Below, one piece after another: positions 1-8,034 of a stretch of 40,918 bases of DNA. The translations under genes and the position numbers were made by a program. Every line of letters starts with the position of its first letter. The first letter of the stretch is position 1. The DNA is from Minisyncoccota bacterium (GTDB taxonomy: Bacteria; Patescibacteriota; Minisyncoccia; Phycocordibacterales; UBA918), in contig JAJOLC010000048.1 of assembly GCA_021129655.1 (NCBI GenBank), positions 1-40,918 of the forward strand. Direction: 5' to 3'. Below the pieces are notes generated by a model. That model was given only the letters and a program-made list of their open reading frames with translations, was not told where the DNA came from and did not search any database.

Positions 1-496
1 CTGCTTCTCCGTCTCCTACTAAGCAAGCAACGACTAAATCTGGATTATCTAGAACAGCACCGTAGGCAGTAGAGAGTGAATAACCAAGCTCACCTCCTTC
101 AAGGATTACTCCCGGGGCCTCGGGGTTACTGTGACTAGGGTTTCCATAGGGCCAACTAAACTGTTTGGCCATGTGAGCTATTCCAGCAGTATCGTGTGTG
201 ATGTCCTTAAAGTATTTTTCTAATGTACCTTCTAAAAACAAGTTTGCTTGAACAGCAGGAAAACCATGACCAGGACCAAGCACAAACATCATCTCAACAT
301 CGTGCGCAATAATCGCTCGGTTTAAGTGTGCGTAGGTAAAATTAATACCCGGACATGTACCCCAGTGACCAAGTAGTCGAGGCTTTATATGCTCAGGTAA
401 AAGAGGGTCTTCTAATAAGACATTATCTTGTAAATAAATTTGGGCGGCAGACAAATAATTAGCCGCGCGCACGAACTTCTTAAGAACATCACTCAT
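1..496 (-). CDS. xfp: Phosphoketolase (xylulose-5-P/fructose-6-P), N-terminal ~165 aa; the rest lies off-window
   Basis: Not in the ORF track because it runs off the window edge. Hand translation from ATG at 496-494: [83 protein letters not shown]. These are typical phosphoketolase N-terminal ThDP-fold motifs. Confidence 0.85.
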   Translation of the reverse strand, partial: MSDVLKKFVRAANYLSAAQIYLQDNVLLEDPLLPEHIKPRLLGHWGTCPGINFTYAHLNRAIIAHDVEMMFVLGPGHGFPAVQANLFLEGTLEKYFKDITHDTAGIAHMAKQFSWPYGNPSHSNPEAPGVILEGGELGYSLSTAYGAVLDNPDLVVACLVGDGEA

Positions 497-587
497 TACT
501 TACATTCTAACAGGTTTTTTTTACAAACCTACTTGTAGCTGTGTACACAGCAAACATAGCTCGACTTTCGTAAGTGACGAGTCGAGG

Positions 588-1229
588 TTATGAACTCTCC
601 TCGGCTGACTCCGTTGACTCTTCAGAACTTTCTTCGTTTATTGTAGTACTGCTATCTGACACAGAGTCAGTAGAAGAAGCCGCTTGATCAGTTGTAGTAG
701 CGGTTGATGAGGCTATTTCTGGTATCTGTACGGGCGGTGGAGGTGAGCCTTTAGCTCTTTCGTCCGCAGTTGCTGGACGCAGACCTCCTGATCTAGGATT
801 GCTATTCTGAACTGGCAATTCTACATTAGTTATTAAAGTATCCTTCTCATCAGCCATATTATTTCGGATGCGCTCATTCCTGTCCTCGATAGTCTGAGCA
901 ACGTCAATTTGACCATCATCAATCAAAGCAACTGCGGCTGAAAGCCCGACGCCAACAATCATCACAAATCCCACCATGAGTTTTTGTTTGTTCTTGTGTG
1001 CCCTGTCGGCCTTGGACACTGAAATCGGGGTGGGAGCTTTTCTTGTACGGGAACCAGTTCTAGAAGTAGCTGCGGACGGTCTGGTAGCAGCTACTTTATG
1101 GGGAGCGGTTTCTTTTAAAACTCGCCTTCTAAGCACAGGCTTCTCTTCTGAGGCAGCCACACGCTTAGCTGACGTTCTCTTACGAGGAGTACGCCGTGAT
1201 GACAAAACTTCTTCTGACGAGCTTTTCAT
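588..1229 (-). CDS. Hypothetical single-pass membrane protein with low-complexity ends
   Basis: 213-aa ORF. Arg/Lys/Ser-rich N-terminus, one hydrophobic helix (LMVGFVMIVGVGLSAAVALI), Ser/Thr/Glu-rich C-terminus. A TGGTACAAT extended -10 lies just upstream. I recognise no family. Confidence 0.5.
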   Translation of the reverse strand: MKSSSEEVLSSRRTPRKRTSAKRVAASEEKPVLRRRVLKETAPHKVAATRPSAATSRTGSRTRKAPTPISVSKADRAHKNKQKLMVGFVMIVGVGLSAAVALIDDGQIDVAQTIEDRNERIRNNMADEKDTLITNVELPVQNSNPRSGGLRPATADERAKGSPPPPVQIPEIASSTATTTDQAASSTDSVSDSSTTINEESSEESTESAEESS

Positions 1230-1238
1230 GTGAATTAG

Positions 1239-1247
1239 ATTGTACCA
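1239..1247 (-). promoter_or_regulatory. Extended -10 TGGTACAAT ending 9 nt before the ATG of the 588-1229 gene
   Basis: Reverse complement of attgtacca. Its position implies a leaderless or near-leaderless mRNA. Confidence 0.35.
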
Positions 1248-1320
1248 TTCTCAGCCCTTAAATTACACAATATATAGAGCCTTCTATATCTATATTCTAC
1301 ATTAATCCGTCGGTTCTTCC

Positions 1321-1348
1321 TTGCAAACTAACGTTTTTATGGTACATT
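1321..1348 (+). promoter_or_regulatory. Putative infC promoter
   Basis: TTGCAA (1321-1326), 16 nt, TACATT (1343-1348), preceded by TGg (extended -10). Confidence 0.4.
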
Positions 1349-1413
1349 TTGAAAATCATTGCATCGCGCTCGTTAGAAGCGACATGCAGTTTATTTCATA
1401 ATCAAACACTAAT

Positions 1414-2097
1414 TTGCCAGCTCCACGTCGAAGATACTCAGGACCAGATACCAGAACTCGAATCAACAAAGCTATTCGTGCGTCTGAACTAAGAGTAGTA
1501 GGTCCTGATGGAGAAAACATTGGCACACTGTCATTATCTGATGCGCTCAAGAAAGCTGATGAGATGAAGTTGGACCTAATTGAAATCTCACCCAAAGCCA
1601 AGCCTCCAGTAGCAAAGATTACTGACTACGGGCAATATCGCTACGACACCAAACGAAAAGCTAGTGCTGCTAAAGCTAAGGCACATATAACCGAGACAAA
1701 AAGCGCACAGGTAAAGATTGGTACTGGTGAGCACGACCAGCAACTAAAAGCTAAGAGAATCGCTGGTTGGCTGGAGGAGGGACACCGGGTAAAAGTTGAT
1801 CTATTTCTCTGGGGTAGATACAAATATATGGAGCCTGCTTTCCTAAAAGAAAGACTGGATAGATTTATGAAAATAATCCCAGCTGAATACAAAATAGCTG
1901 ACCCTATCAAAAAAAGTCCTAAAGGATTCACCGCTACGATAGAACGAGTTGGTAAAGTTAAGAAATCTGACAAGCCTAAAATCCTAGAAGACGAGGAAGA
2001 AGTTGAGAAAAAGAAAAAGAAAAAGATTGAAAGTAAGTCTGACAACAAGTCCAAAAAGAAGTCTTTGGACGACCTACTAGAAGGAGGAATGATTTAA
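1414..2097 (+). CDS. infC: Translation initiation factor IF-3 with Lys/Glu-rich C-terminal tail
   Basis: RINKAIRASELRVVGPDGENIG..DLIEISPKAKPPVAKITDYGQYRY matches IF-3 N and C domains. The track start is TTG (non-AUG, as is usual for infC). About 45 extra residues (EEEVEKKKKKKIESKSDNKSKKK) follow the C domain. Confidence 0.9.
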   Translation: MPAPRRRYSGPDTRTRINKAIRASELRVVGPDGENIGTLSLSDALKKADEMKLDLIEISPKAKPPVAKITDYGQYRYDTKRKASAAKAKAHITETKSAQVKIGTGEHDQQLKAKRIAGWLEEGHRVKVDLFLWGRYKYMEPAFLKERLDRFMKIIPAEYKIADPIKKSPKGFTATIERVGKVKKSDKPKILEDEEEVEKKKKKKIESKSDNKSKKKSLDDLLEGGMI

Positions 2098-2102
2098 AAA
2101 GT

Positions 2103-2139
2103 AAAAATCCGGTCAAGACAAACTCTTGACCGGATTTTT
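2103..2139 (+). terminator. Intrinsic terminator after infC
   Basis: 16-bp stem AAAAATCCGGTCAAGA/TCTTGACCGGATTTTT, 5-nt loop, U-run. Confidence 0.8.
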
Positions 2140-2297
2140 ACTGGACTTTTTGTGCTAAATACGTTATATTTTCCCCACTTTGCCACTCCCCTTGTGGCCG
2201 AAGCCCGATCAAACAGTCCAATGATTTTCTCATGAGGAGAAAAAATCAGGACATAAATTCGTAATATATCTTTCGGATATTTACTCATTCAATACTT

Positions 2298-2489
2298 ATG
2301 AAAACCAACAAATCATTCACTAAGCGCATTAAAGTAACCAAGAATGGCAAGCTAGTTGCTCGTCGACCTGGTCAAAACCACTTCAATGCCCGTCAAACTG
2401 GACGACAACGACTAGCGCGAAAGCGTACTCAAGTGTTGACTCTAAGCAAGAGAATCACTCGTCGTTTCCTACCCAAAACTGGCGCTTAA
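2298..2489 (+). CDS. rpmI: 50S ribosomal protein L35
   Basis: 63 aa, MKTNKSFTKRIKVTKNGKLVARRPGQNHF.., in the canonical infC-rpmI-rplT context. Confidence 0.9.
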   Translation: MKTNKSFTKRIKVTKNGKLVARRPGQNHFNARQTGRQRLARKRTQVLTLSKRITRRFLPKTGA

Positions 2490-2509
2490 TCTCTAATTAA
2501 TAATAATTT

Positions 2510-2857
2510 ATGGCACGTGTAAAAGGAGGCTTAATGGCCCAGAAGCGAAAGCGAAATATTCTTGCAGAAGTAAAAGGATATCGTTTTGGACGCTCAACAA
2601 AAAAGGCGCAAGCTCGTGAAGCAATCTACCACGCACAAACATATGCGTTTGCTCACCGAAAGGACAAAAAAGCTGACTTTCGTCGACTTTGGACAGTCCG
2701 AATTAACGCTGCTCTTATGACCCATGGTCTTAAGTACAGCCGGTTCATCAAGCAACTGAAGGACAAGAACATCGAACTAGATCGAAAAATTCTTGCCACT
2801 CTAGCTTATGACAACTCAGAAGCATTTGATCGAGTAGTTACAGAAGTAACTAAATAA
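2510..2857 (+). CDS. rplT: 50S ribosomal protein L20
   Basis: MARVKGG..KRKRNILAEVKGYRFGRS..FRRLWTVRINAA, a typical L20. Confidence 0.95.
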   Translation: MARVKGGLMAQKRKRNILAEVKGYRFGRSTKKAQAREAIYHAQTYAFAHRKDKKADFRRLWTVRINAALMTHGLKYSRFIKQLKDKNIELDRKILATLAYDNSEAFDRVVTEVTK

Positions 2858-2874
2858 GGCTTACGGCTTAAATA

Positions 2875-2908
2875 AAATAACCCCGACTCTTTGAGTCGGG
2901 GTTATTTT
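2875..2908. terminator. Bidirectional terminator between rplT and the GIY-YIG gene
   Basis: AAATAACCCCGACTC tttg AGTCGGGGTTATTT. Confidence 0.8.
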
Positions 2909-3194
2909 ATATTGCACTCAGAATCTGCTCCTTAGTAGTAGATTCAACCAACTCATGTCTTTTGTTTGTACCCATTGCTTTTATTTCCTTTTCTCTTTTT
3001 AAAGCATCTTTCTTAGAAGGAAAACGTTCCAGATGTTGAAGAAAGACAGGCCTTCTTTTACTGGTATATTTACCTCCCTGCCAGAAATACAGACCCACTC
3101 CATTATGCTGATTAATACGACGCCGGATGTTGTTAGTATAGCCAGTATAATAACTACCATCACTACAAGCCATTATGTAAACGTAATATTTCAT
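2907..3194 (-). CDS. Stand-alone GIY-YIG (URI) nuclease-domain protein, YhbQ/UPF0213-like
   Basis: MKYYVYIMACSDGSYYTGYTNNIRRRINQHN...REKEIK: GIY..YxGxT, R, H-N and E motifs. Its start lies 4 nt downstream of the beta-CASP gene stop. Confidence 0.85.
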   Translation of the reverse strand: MKYYVYIMACSDGSYYTGYTNNIRRRINQHNGVGLYFWQGGKYTSKRRPVFLQHLERFPSKKDALKREKEIKAMGTNKRHELVESTTKEQILSAI

Positions 3195-3198
3195 ATAA

Positions 3199-4566
3199 TT
3201 AGAAATCTATCTCAATCTCAGATTCGGGTTCGGGTGTAATCGCATTTACTCCCAAGTAGTCGCGTAGGCGTTGAGTCAAAAATAAAGAGGCACGCTCCTC
3301 CCCCATTGTGACAAACACTTGTTTGGGCTGGTACTCTTCTGAGCCTCCGTACACTAAGTCAATCAATTGGTTTCTGTCGGCATGGCCTGAGTAGCCTCTG
3401 ATAGTAGCTATTTTAGCTCGCACTTTTACATCGGTATTATCTATCCAAACTTGCTTAGCGCCGTCCTGTAGAATGCGTCCTAGACTACCAACTGTCTGAT
3501 ACCCAACTAGGAGCAAAGTTGTGTTGGTATCGCCCAAGAAATGCTTCTCGTGGTCCCTAATTCGCCCGCCATGGCTCATACCAGCTCCAGCAATGATAAT
3601 CTTCGGTCCGTGTTCTTTAGCTATCTTATTGGACTCTTTTACTGTTTCAGTGAAAGACAAACCCTCAAATGAAAATATGTCATCCCCTTTTTCTATCTGC
3701 TCTCTTACCTCGGGTTTTAGATATTTATTTGAGTGTCTGTAAACATCTGTCACACGAATTGCTAGTGGGGAATCTAGATAAGTTTTAATTGGGGGTATAG
3801 TCTCAGTTTCAACTAGATTATTTATTTCAAATAAAATACCTTGGGTTCGCTCTAGTGAAAAAGCCGGAATGATAAGTGTGCCCTCTTTCCGAATAGTTTC
3901 CTCGATGTGATGCTGAAGAATAGCAGAACGCTCTGCCACCTCTTCATGGACTCGGTCTCCATAGACACTTTCCATAACCATATAGTCATACTGCTGAGGT
4001 ACTTGCGGTCGTCCAACTAGTGGCTGAGGATTGTTTCCGACATCACCAGTAAAGACGATTTTCTTACCGTGACGGGTAAACTCAACCATCGCTGAACCCA
4101 GTATATGACCGGCGTCTTTAAACTCCGCTGTCACATCATCTTCTAGCTTTATCAGCTTCTCATAGCCGGTAGTTTTCCATAGTGACAGAGCTAAATCAAT
4201 GTCATTCTGAGCATAGATAGGTTGACGTTTGTCACGCTTAGCCTCCATTTGCATAATATGAAGAGCATCATCGAACATAATTCGTGCCAATTCTAGAGTT
4301 GGTTCGGTAGAATATACTACTCCTCTGAATCCGTCTCGAACCAACTTTGGAATACGACCGATATGGTCAGCGTGAGCGTGTGTGACGAACAAAGCATCTA
4401 CCTTGTCTGGCTCATATACAAAAGGTTTGGCATTAATTTCCTTAGCCTCCTTATCACCTTGAACTAAACCACAGTCAACCAACACTGCTAACTTACCTGT
4501 ATCGAGCATAAAATTTGCTCCAGTTACTGAACCGACTCCTCCGTAAAAACCTAATGTAGAACTCAT
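3199..4566 (-). CDS. Metallo-beta-lactamase / beta-CASP family nuclease
   Basis: HAHADH (motif 2), DAGHILGS, TGDVG, ESVYGDR (beta-CASP motif A), GYSGHAD (motif B). The expected motif C context reads VFVTMGEE. Its start overlaps the upstream gene stop (ATGA). Confidence 0.85.
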   Translation of the reverse strand: MSSTLGFYGGVGSVTGANFMLDTGKLAVLVDCGLVQGDKEAKEINAKPFVYEPDKVDALFVTHAHADHIGRIPKLVRDGFRGVVYSTEPTLELARIMFDDALHIMQMEAKRDKRQPIYAQNDIDLALSLWKTTGYEKLIKLEDDVTAEFKDAGHILGSAMVEFTRHGKKIVFTGDVGNNPQPLVGRPQVPQQYDYMVMESVYGDRVHEEVAERSAILQHHIEETIRKEGTLIIPAFSLERTQGILFEINNLVETETIPPIKTYLDSPLAIRVTDVYRHSNKYLKPEVREQIEKGDDIFSFEGLSFTETVKESNKIAKEHGPKIIIAGAGMSHGGRIRDHEKHFLGDTNTTLLLVGYQTVGSLGRILQDGAKQVWIDNTDVKVRAKIATIRGYSGHADRNQLIDLVYGGSEEYQPKQVFVTMGEERASLFLTQRLRDYLGVNAITPEPESEIEIDF

Positions 4567-4937
4567 GTCTCTATTGTATATTTACTCAAAACGAAATGTG
4601 TCAGTAATCCCCCGCTAAAACCTAATAATATATCTTGGATTGTATCAATTAAATAAGCTTCTGATTGATACAAGTCAGCCCACCACTCAAAAATTTCCCA
4701 AGTTACTGTGATGGAGACTAATACCAAAAGTATTATTGAGAGGGTCGGCTTAAAATTGAATCTACTGAATGTAGCAAGTGAGTGAACACTAAGACCAATC
4801 AGCATCCCTCCCCATAAATGCATAGCCACATCGAACCACCCATAATACCAATACAAGGAAGCCAGTACCGCAAAATAGTGTGCTAAACCAAAAATACTAA
4901 AGAGTATTAAAAATATAACAGTTCTTTTATTAATCAT
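4563..4937 (-). CDS. Small polytopic membrane protein (about 4 TM), unknown family
   Basis: 124 aa with four hydrophobic segments. Translationally coupled (ATGA) to the beta-CASP gene. This is the only complete CDS in the window that ends in TGA. Confidence 0.6.
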   Translation of the reverse strand: MINKRTVIFLILFSIFGLAHYFAVLASLYWYYGWFDVAMHLWGGMLIGLSVHSLATFSRFNFKPTLSIILLVLVSITVTWEIFEWWADLYQSEAYLIDTIQDILLGFSGGLLTHFVLSKYTIET

Positions 4938-4960
4938 TGTTTCTATGATATCAGTAATTG

Positions 4961-5153
4961 AAAAAACACCCTAGAGGGGGTGCCTTTTCAATAGAACCAC
5001 GACGCATGCTCCTGACGCTTAGGCCAAGTGGGCAACCTTTCCGATGAAGTTTTGAAATTCCCGTCTTTTGTTTGGATTCTCAGTACCAATCGAGACTACA
5101 GTCAGCCCTGATGCAATGTATTGAAGAACATACGTAATGTGGTTCCATCTATT
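4961..5153 (-). ncRNA. Candidate structured RNA (sRNA, or cis-regulatory leader of the membrane/beta-CASP/GIY-YIG operon), ending in an intrinsic terminator
   Basis: Minus-strand 5' arm AAUAGAUGGAACCACAUUACGUAUG (5153-5129) pairs colinearly with 3' arm CAUGCGUCGUGGUUCUAUU (5008-4990). That gives about 18 bp in three blocks with one G.U. It is followed by hairpin CACCC/GGGUG plus U6 (4983-4961), 24 nt before the ATG at 4937. I recognise no Rfam family. Confidence 0.3.
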
Positions 5154-5162
5154 ATGGTAGCA

Positions 5163-5193
5163 CAAAGGCCGGCCCCGTAGGGGCCGGCCTTTG
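5163..5193. terminator. GC-rich hairpin after ndk
   Basis: 14-bp stem CAAAGGCCGGCCCC/GGGGCCGGCCTTTG with a 3-nt loop. The U-run is weak. Confidence 0.6.
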
Positions 5194-5210
5194 GATAACA
5201 TATTTTGTAA

Positions 5211-5816
5211 TTACTCAGGTTTACCATCAAGATTTACATCATACATAATTCGCTCTTGCGCAGTTGTGTAGTTCATGATTTCAGACTCATCAAACCAGAT
5301 AGATATTTCTCGCTCGGCCTCTGAGGGAATATCTGAACAATGAATCAAATTTCGGACTGAACGATTTTCATAAGCAGCATGTGAGTATGAATCGATTGTA
5401 TAATCCCCCCGAATTGTTCCCACGTCTGAGGTAGCCGGTTCTGTTGTTCCTACAATCTTAGTTACCACATCTATCGCTTTGTTCCCTTCAATAACCATCA
5501 TCAATACTGGAGCAGCTGTCATATATTTTAGAATCGTTCGGATAATATCCTTACCGTACTCAATCGGTTCACGATCAACCTCCTTCCCTTGCTCCTTTAG
5601 CTCATTAGCAATCCTAGTTCCTTTTTCTAAGAACCAGGCATCGTCTTTATTATAGTGCTGTTGTAGCTGTTCTTCTGTTGGTACTGCCATTTTCATAGCA
5701 GAAATCTTCAAACCAGTTTGCTCAAACCGTTTAATTACCTCTCCCATCAGACTTCGCTGTACTGTATCAGGCTTAAGGATCACAAATGTTCGTTCTTGTT
5801 GTGGATGTTTTGACAT
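5211..5816 (-). CDS. ndk: Nucleoside diphosphate kinase (long form)
   Basis: ERTFVILKPDTVQRSLMGEVIKRFEQTGLKISAMKM ... NLIHCSDIPSEAEREISIWF: NDK fold with the catalytic His context. 201 aa, so it carries insertions relative to the ~140-aa forms. Confidence 0.85.
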   Translation of the reverse strand: MSKHPQQERTFVILKPDTVQRSLMGEVIKRFEQTGLKISAMKMAVPTEEQLQQHYNKDDAWFLEKGTRIANELKEQGKEVDREPIEYGKDIIRTILKYMTAAPVLMMVIEGNKAIDVVTKIVGTTEPATSDVGTIRGDYTIDSYSHAAYENRSVRNLIHCSDIPSEAEREISIWFDESEIMNYTTAQERIMYDVNLDGKPE

Positions 5817-5841
5817 AAAATATATAGTTTAAAGTTCGTGC

Positions 5842-5850
5842 AGTATAGCA
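5842..5850 (-). promoter_or_regulatory. Extended -10 TGCTATACT fused to the U-tract of the map terminator (putative ndk promoter)
   Basis: Minus strand reads ..CCTTTTTGCTATACTGCACG.., 25 nt before the ndk ATG. Confidence 0.3.
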
Positions 5851-5890
5851 AAAAGGACAGGAAACCCAAAGGGTTTCATGTCCTTTTTGC
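5848..5890 (-). terminator. Terminator after map
   Basis: 20-bp stem with one mismatch, GCAAAAAGGACA.GAAACCC. Confidence 0.75.
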
Positions 5891-5901
5891 ATCACACTCT
5901 A

Positions 5902-6672
5902 CTACTTAGTCAAAATCAGCGGACCAGCTTCAGTAATGGCAACCGTATGTTCAAAATGAGCACTCATGGAATCATCCTGAGTGTAGACACTGTATCCATC
6001 TCCTTCATCATCAAAATACACATCAGGCTTACCAACGTTCACAATCGGCTCAATAGCATACACATGGCCGACTTCAATTTTAGGGCCTGTTCCAGCCTTG
6101 CCGTGGTTTGGTATATTTGGTTCTTCATGGATTTCGTACCCCACACCATGTCCACACAACACCTCCACTACGGAAAAGCCTCGCGACTCTACAAACTGCT
6201 GAACTGCTGAACTGATGTCTCCAACATGTCCGCCTGGTTGCGCGGCCTTGATGCCGATTACTAATGCTTCTTGGGTACAAGCCAGTAATCGTCGTGCCTC
6301 ATCACTAATCTCTCCAACTCCAACAGTCAGGCCGGAATCGACCACCATTCCGTTATGAGCAATCGACATGTCTATATTAACCGTATCTCCTTCTTGCAAA
6401 ACCACATCTTTCGAAGGAATACCATGCTGCACACAATTATTCACTGAAATACAAACTGCCGCTGGATAGGGCCGTGGCGCAAAGCCAGGGTGATAGCCCA
6501 GCAATATTGGTTCTACACCATACTCCTCAACTAATTCCATTGCTCTGTCATCTAAATCGAGGGTGGAGGTTCCAGGTACAGCTTCTTTGGCGAGACACTT
6601 TAAAATAGCAGCTAGAATCTTTCCAGCTTCTCGCAGCATTTCTATTTCTTCTGGAGTTTTTTTGTGAATCAT
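5902..6672 (-). CDS. map: Methionine aminopeptidase type I
   Basis: 256 aa. Metal-ligand context: VNIDMSI, GHGVGYEIHEEP, FEHTVAIT. Confidence 0.95.
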   Translation of the reverse strand: MIHKKTPEEIEMLREAGKILAAILKCLAKEAVPGTSTLDLDDRAMELVEEYGVEPILLGYHPGFAPRPYPAAVCISVNNCVQHGIPSKDVVLQEGDTVNIDMSIAHNGMVVDSGLTVGVGEISDEARRLLACTQEALVIGIKAAQPGGHVGDISSAVQQFVESRGFSVVEVLCGHGVGYEIHEEPNIPNHGKAGTGPKIEVGHVYAIEPIVNVGKPDVYFDDEGDGYSVYTQDDSMSAHFEHTVAITEAGPLILTK

Positions 6673-6726
6673 TTAATGAATGAGCAAACACCCAAAGGTG
6701 TATATTGCTAATTTATGAAGCTTACA

Positions 6727-6767
6727 GCAAAAAGGCCGGAAAAGCTATGCTTTTCCGGCCTTTTTGC
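6727..6767. terminator. Terminator after adk
   Basis: GCAAAAAGGCCGGAAAAGC tat GCTTTTCCGGCCTTTTTGC. Confidence 0.8.
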
Positions 6768-6773
6768 TAGGGC

Positions 6774-7370
6774 TTAGTTAAGCTTGAGGGCTTCTAAAAT
6801 CTGTTCATGCACTTCTTCAATAGAAGCGGTCCCTTCGATGTCATGCACTACAGTATCTGGTCTAACTCGATAATAATCAAGTACTGGAAGCGTATCATCT
6901 CGATACCATTTCAACCGTGTCTCGATAGAGTCATCCGTGTCATCTGCTCGCGCTCGCTCCTGCATACGCAGTCGAACAATTTCTTCTGGAGTATCTAAAT
7001 TAACCACATGGATATTGTCTCTATCAAAAAACAGAAAGGCGTCTTCCAGCACCTGTGCTTGAGTCACCGTTCTAGGAAAACCGTCAATCAGCAAGTGACT
7101 TTTAGCATCAAGCTGATCAAGCATAGCCTGACCCCACAAGATATGAGTAAGAAAGTCTGGTTGCAGCGCACCGGTATCCAGAGTTTCTTCAATTTTTCGT
7201 TCAGCAAAAGTCTCGTGTTTAGCGGCCAGCGCTCGAAAACGTCGACCGGTCTGAATATCCACAATTCGTCGCAATGGGTCTTTCTCAGCAATTACCTTAT
7301 ACAACTGCTCAATCTGTGTTCCTTTTCCACTTCCTTGTGGACCGATAAAAATAACTGTCGTTGGTTCCAT
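6774..7370 (-). CDS. adk: Adenylate kinase (short-lid type)
   Basis: IFIGPQGSGKGTQ P-loop, LIDGFPRT, RADD..RL lid. Confidence 0.9.
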   Translation of the reverse strand: MEPTTVIFIGPQGSGKGTQIEQLYKVIAEKDPLRRIVDIQTGRRFRALAAKHETFAERKIEETLDTGALQPDFLTHILWGQAMLDQLDAKSHLLIDGFPRTVTQAQVLEDAFLFFDRDNIHVVNLDTPEEIVRLRMQERARADDTDDSIETRLKWYRDDTLPVLDYYRVRPDTVVHDIEGTASIEEVHEQILEALKLN

Positions 7371-7373
7371 AAT

Positions 7374-7973
7374 TTATGATTTACACTTAGCGTATGCAGC
7401 TTCTATTACTTGATTAAATTCAGCGTGTGCCAGATCTATATCCTCACTGTTATTAATAACTATATCAGCCATTGGTTTAGACTGTTTTTCAATTAAATAC
7501 CTTTGATACCTAGCTTCTAAGTCTGAATCAGACATAGGCGCTCTGGCTTCTGCTCGACCCTTTAACACTTCCCACCCACCTGATTCTATATAAACTACAG
7601 TTATGTGTTCTCGAGGCAGAATATTTAATAACTGCTCTACTCCTTGTAATTCTATCTCAACTACAACCACTTCACATTCTGCTAAGCGTGGCAATATTTC
7701 ACTCTTAAGAGTTCCGTATTTATTACCAGCAAACTCAGCCCATTCAAGAAAATCTCCCGTTTCGACCTTTTTATCAAACTCCTCTGCTGTTACAAAATGA
7801 TACTGCTTACCATCTACATCTCCGGGTCGCATCGCTCTGGAAGTGCATGATATAGTCTGATACAAAGTTGGATATTCTTGTAAGACGTGATGAATAAGAG
7901 TGCCTTTTCCACTACCCATTGGGGCCATAACCAAAACCACATGACCTTTAATATCGCTAATCTCGTTACTCAT
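7374..7973 (-). CDS. gmk: Guanylate kinase
   Basis: VLVMAPMGSGKGTL P-loop, CTSRAMRPGDVDGKQYHFV. The track ORF extends to a GTG at 8003. I prefer the ATG at 7973 (MSNEISDIKGHVV), which leaves room for the divergent cmk promoter. Confidence 0.85.
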   Translation of the reverse strand: MSNEISDIKGHVVLVMAPMGSGKGTLIHHVLQEYPTLYQTISCTSRAMRPGDVDGKQYHFVTAEEFDKKVETGDFLEWAEFAGNKYGTLKSEILPRLAECEVVVVEIELQGVEQLLNILPREHITVVYIESGGWEVLKGRAEARAPMSDSDLEARYQRYLIEKQSKPMADIVINNSEDIDLAHAEFNQVIEAAYAKCKS

Positions 7974-8034
7974 AACCCCATGAGAGTAGCAACTTTTCTT
8001 CACTGGTGCAACAATATGATATTCTTACAAGTAA

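Noticed and set aside
2094-2288. 64-aa minus-strand ORF between infC and rpmI
   Set aside because: It overlaps the infC terminator and lies antisense to the operon. No supporting signals.
5019-5201. 60-aa minus-strand ORF in the ndk / membrane-protein spacer
   Set aside because: It spans the ndk terminator hairpin, has no start context and an implausible composition. The region is better explained as structured non-coding RNA.
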